Shown here in pieces: positions 60,207-64,000 of a stretch of 64,000 nt of DNA. The first letter of the stretch is position 1, and each line of letters opens with the position of its first letter. The stretch comes from Candidatus Altiarchaeota archaeon (GTDB lineage Archaea; Altiarchaeota; Altiarchaeia; IMC4; QMZM01). The DNA is taken from assembly GCA_038891095.1 (NCBI GenBank), contig JAWAEV010000001.1:1-64000 (forward strand), written 5' to 3'. The position numbers were made by a program, and so were the translations under genes. Under the pieces are notes generated by a model that was not told the origin of the DNA, did no database searches, and was given only the letters and a program-made list of their open reading frames with translations.

Positions 60207-61526
60207 ATGGCTCAAAACTCAAAGTCAAAGTCGCAGGGAGCAACTGAGTATCTTCTGAATTATGGTTGGGCTATTATATTAATTGCTGCGATTGGTGTAT
60301 CTATGTATTACCTTGGAATTTTCAACTTAAGTTCTCAATCAACTCTAGTAAAAGCATCTGGATTTTCAAAGATAAAACCATTAGAACCAAGTATAATTTT
60401 AACCCCTTCATGTGAATTTACTGGAATTTTCGTTAATGGTGCCGGAAGCGTTGTAAATATTTCAAAAATAGAAATTTATAATGTTGTTGATAAGAAAAAT
60501 TGTGATACTTCGAAAGGAACAGGACTTTTTGATCCAGGCGATGCTATTGAAGTAAAAGCAGAAAATTGTTGCTCTCAAGACCATAAACCAGAGGAGCAAT
60601 ATAATCTCAAGATAAATATTAGCTACACAAGCCAAATTGCTGGAGTTAGATTTGATACTTTAGACCAAGGTGTTATCTATGGGGCTTATTCTAAAGGATA
60701 TAAACTTCCTAAATGTGAAGAACAAGGCGGTTTTTGTTGTGCACCACCGTTTAACACTTGTAAACCAGGAAAAATGCTAAGTGCTTCAGATTGCTCACCT
60801 TGCTGTCAAGGTCCTGGAAATTCAAATTGTGATAAACTAACTACTACGACTACAAGCACAACAACTACTTCTGTTACTACAACTACAACAACATCAACTA
60901 CTACATCAACAATTACAACAACAAAAATGAGTACGACAACAACGACTTCCAGCACTACTACAACTACGACTAGTACGACGACAACAACTATACCTTGTTA
61001 CACTTATGATAGTTGTAATGATTGTGTAAGTCATAGTTGTGTGTGGAACATTAGAATTGTGCATGTGCCACCACCAGAGGGTCCTGAAATAATTGAATGG
61101 TGTGCAGAATCTTGTTTGGGATTAGCAACATGGTGCGCTCCTCCAAACTCTTGCGGTGGTTTTATAACAACGACTACAACAACCACAACAAGCACTACTA
61201 CAGTCACTACAACTACAACCACAAAGACCACTACCACAACGACAAGCACGACATCGACAACAACAACTGTAAAGACATTATGTTGGAGTAGTAGCTACTT
61301 ATACAGAACAGCTGCTAATATGTACAAATTCTGTAAGTGCACAACAAATACATATGGATACTCAGGCTATACCAATGCAGGGTATACCTCAGGAAGAAGA
61401 TATTTAGATACAGGAAATAATCTAAATTGGGGCACTACATCAATCACTAGTTATATGGTCTCTCAAGTTAGATGCCCAAACGGAGCGTGGTATACTACAT
61501 CCCAAAATTACTATTACCCACCATAA
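60207..61526 (+). CDS. Class III signal peptide (archaeal type IV pilin-like) surface protein with poly-Thr stalks and Cys-rich domains
   Basis: KSQGATEYLLNYGWAIILIAAIG prepilin-like N-terminus, two long Thr tracts, Cys-rich modules (CEEQGGFCC, CNDCVSHSCVW, CWSSS..CKC..CPNG). Confidence 0.85.
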   Translation: MAQNSKSKSQGATEYLLNYGWAIILIAAIGVSMYYLGIFNLSSQSTLVKASGFSKIKPLEPSIILTPSCEFTGIFVNGAGSVVNISKIEIYNVVDKKNCDTSKGTGLFDPGDAIEVKAENCCSQDHKPEEQYNLKINISYTSQIAGVRFDTLDQGVIYGAYSKGYKLPKCEEQGGFCCAPPFNTCKPGKMLSASDCSPCCQGPGNSNCDKLTTTTTSTTTTSVTTTTTTSTTTSTITTTKMSTTTTTSSTTTTTTSTTTTTIPCYTYDSCNDCVSHSCVWNIRIVHVPPPEGPEIIEWCAESCLGLATWCAPPNSCGGFITTTTTTTTSTTTVTTTTTTKTTTTTTSTTSTTTTVKTLCWSSSYLYRTAANMYKFCKCTTNTYGYSGYTNAGYTSGRRYLDTGNNLNWGTTSITSYMVSQVRCPNGAWYTTSQNYYYPP

Positions 61527-61628
61527 GAATTACCTGTGAGTATAAAAAAACAGTAAACTCAAAAATTGAAATCTTCAAGTGAGATATGAGATTTCTCCCT
61601 TAAATTCTAAATTTTAATTATTATTAGA

Positions 61629-63875
61629 ATGCAACTTTTGCACTTATCTTTAGAAAATTGGGCATGTCATGATTCCTTATCAATAGACCTTTCAAAAGGT
61701 TTGCAAATAGAAGGCAGAAATGGTACAGGTAAGAGTAGCATCCTTGAAGCAATAAAATTTATCTTCACTGAACAGTCCCGCGGCTATAGAAATAAAATAA
61801 AAAATGGTAAAGACTTTGCAAAAGTTAGATTGATGCTAAAAAAAGAGTCTGATACTTTCCTCATTGAAAAAATTTTGCCAAGAAACAAAACTGTAAAAGC
61901 AAAAATTTTCAAGAATACTCTGCTTATAGCTGATAGTTTAACAGCAGTGCATTCTCAGCTAAAAGAGATTTTAGATGAAGAAATTTTGGAGAAGTTGCTT
62001 TACATCCCGCAAGGAAGATTAACCGAAATCTTAGATGCGCTAAAAATTAAAGGTGGTAGACAAGAGTTGGATTCTCTACTTGGCTTAGATAAATTTGAGA
62101 AAATTTATAATTCTGCAGGAGAGGAAATTTTAAAGAAAAGGGAAAAACTCTTGCTCTTGAAAGATGAATTAAAAAAATTTCCAGAGGATGATAATTTCTT
62201 TAAAAATGAGATAGAGAAAATTCAGAGGAATATAGAAAAGAGCTTAGTAGAGAGTGAAAAGCTTGAAGCTGAAATTTTTTCTATCAGAGAAAAATTAGAG
62301 AAGGTGAAAGAAAAAATTTCTGAAATTGAAAAGATAAAAAAAGCAAGAGAGATAACTGAGAGAGAGTTGAATGAGTTAAATTTAAAGATAGTTAAAATTG
62401 GGGATGAAATAAACTCAAATGTTAAATTATTAGAAACATTAAATGAAAAAAAAGTTGAATTTTCTGCTCTTACCAAGGAAATTGAGAAACTTAAGAACTA
62501 TCCAAAAATTAGGGAGCTCCTCTTGGAAAAGAAAAATTTAGAAGAGAGAATTAAAGAACTTTTAGTTGCAGAGGATAAAGAAAGAATTAAATTGCTTGAA
62601 ACTGAACTCAAAAATTTCCATGAATTACAGATAGTGTGCAATAAAAAAGAGAAAGAACTCATTGAATTAGAGAAGGAATTTGCAATTCAGAAAGAAAAAA
62701 TTTTGGAGAAGATGAATTTTCTTAAAGATTTAGAAGAATTGAAAAAACAACAGAGATGCCCAAGATGTGGACAAATCTTGACTATAGAGCATATAGAAAG
62801 AGAAAAGGAAGAAACATACAAAGAGATAGATGAAATAAAAGAGAAGGGCGTTGAACTTGAAAGAAGGCTAAATATTGAAAGGGAAATTTTTGAAAAGCAA
62901 AAGAAAGAGGTTGAAATTTTAAAAAGAAAAGAAGTTGAGCTAATAACTCTCAAAAGTCAAATTGATAAGAAAAACATAGAAAGGCGAAATTCAGAAAAAA
63001 AGATATGTGATATTGAAAAGGAACTTTTTGATATTGGTTATAAAAATGAATCTCTTAATGAAGTAGAAAAGCAAGTTAACAATCTTAACAATTTTCAAGG
63101 CAGGATAAATGAATTGCAAAAAGATGTTAAAAAAATTTCTGAAATTGAAGAAAAGCTCCCTAAGTTAAAAGAAGAGCTTTCAACAGCAGAAAGAGAAAAA
63201 TTTTCAATTGAGAAAAGAGCAAAAGAGCTCGTATATGATGAAAATCTCTTTGAGAATCTGAAAAAAGAAAAAGAAACCTTAAATGAGAATTTTTATAAAC
63301 TACAAGTAGAACTTAAGAGCCAAAATTTTAGAGTTAACGAAATGAAAACACAATTGAAAAAAATTGAAGACGAAAGAAAAAATTTCTTAGATTTGAAAGA
63401 GGAAGTTAGAAATTTAGAGAGGGAACTAAATCTTCTTGAAAAAGCAAGAGACCTTTTCCATACAGACAAAGGAATCCCAAAATATTTAAGAGAAAAATAC
63501 ATAGCAAAATTGAATTTTCTCCTTACGAGTTACTTTCATAAGATAAATCAAAATCCAAATTACAAAGAAGTTTATTTTAACAAAGAGTATGAACTTGAAT
63601 TAAAAGCAAATGATGGATCTCTTAGCATTGAGCAAATTTCTGGTGGTGAAAAAACACAACTTGCAATTGCTTTCAGGCTCTCTCTAATAGATTTGCTCTC
63701 TCCAATAAGACTTTTAATTTTAGATGAACCTTTTGGAAGTCTTGACCAGGAGCATAGAGAAATGTTAGGAGGAGTACTCAATAAAATTGCAGAGGAAGGC
63801 CAAGTAATTTTGGTTACACATATACCTGTAGAAACATTAAATTTGTATGAGAAGTTGAATTTGGGCGAGTACTAA
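61629..63875 (+). CDS. Rad50/SbcC-like SMC-family ATPase with zinc hook
   Basis: GRNGTGKSS, YIPQG, coiled coils with central CPRCG, ISGGE, LLILDEPFGSLD, VTH. Confidence 0.9.
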   Translation: MQLLHLSLENWACHDSLSIDLSKGLQIEGRNGTGKSSILEAIKFIFTEQSRGYRNKIKNGKDFAKVRLMLKKESDTFLIEKILPRNKTVKAKIFKNTLLIADSLTAVHSQLKEILDEEILEKLLYIPQGRLTEILDALKIKGGRQELDSLLGLDKFEKIYNSAGEEILKKREKLLLLKDELKKFPEDDNFFKNEIEKIQRNIEKSLVESEKLEAEIFSIREKLEKVKEKISEIEKIKKAREITERELNELNLKIVKIGDEINSNVKLLETLNEKKVEFSALTKEIEKLKNYPKIRELLLEKKNLEERIKELLVAEDKERIKLLETELKNFHELQIVCNKKEKELIELEKEFAIQKEKILEKMNFLKDLEELKKQQRCPRCGQILTIEHIEREKEETYKEIDEIKEKGVELERRLNIEREIFEKQKKEVEILKRKEVELITLKSQIDKKNIERRNSEKKICDIEKELFDIGYKNESLNEVEKQVNNLNNFQGRINELQKDVKKISEIEEKLPKLKEELSTAEREKFSIEKRAKELVYDENLFENLKKEKETLNENFYKLQVELKSQNFRVNEMKTQLKKIEDERKNFLDLKEEVRNLERELNLLEKARDLFHTDKGIPKYLREKYIAKLNFLLTSYFHKINQNPNYKEVYFNKEYELELKANDGSLSIEQISGGEKTQLAIAFRLSLIDLLSPIRLLILDEPFGSLDQEHREMLGGVLNKIAEEGQVILVTHIPVETLNLYEKLNLGEY

Positions 63876-64000
63876 AATTAATTATGGAAAACGAATATGT
63901 TTTTAGGATATCCTGTTTGCCTTTTATTTCTATTTGACAGAATAAGTTGAATAGCAAGATAGAAATTCACATAAAAGAAGTTACGATGAATGCAAATTTT

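Noticed and set aside
63876-64000. Possible gene fragment at the right edge
   Set aside because: One minus-strand frame is open for about 40 codons but nothing is recognisable; it cannot be supported without flanking sequence.

Overview
Very AT-rich archaeal genomic window. Archaeal markers include XPD, Lhr, MC1, RadB, prefoldin alpha-FtsY, Bud32, UPF0147, archaeal TyrRS and a geranylgeranyl reductase. The Thr/Cys-rich surface proteins and pilin-like domains suggest a DPANN/Altiarchaeota-like lineage (inference). It holds DNA repair, transport and housekeeping genes and a ~24 kb surface-glycan biosynthesis locus (~17.2-41.3 kb). That locus shows active remodelling: nucleotide-identical 5' ends on three divergent epimerase genes, a 103-bp direct repeat bracketing a 2943-bp cassette, two frameshifted genes, three gene stubs and one probable internal deletion. 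Features missed by the ORF track are a 29-aa bS22/mS38 (AURKAIP1/COX24)-like basic protein (11177-11266, minus strand) and a large secreted repeat protein running off the left edge. Other points of interest are a tandem-V4R plus roadblock pair in the pfdA-ftsY operon, pilin-like domains fused to a glycosidase-like domain and to Yip1, and a coiled-coil/winged-helix gene surrounded by TCATGA sites, helically phased T-tracts and a GC-rich hairpin element. No rRNA, tRNA, CRISPR array or transposase was recognised. All family assignments come from motif recognition by eye; no searches were run.
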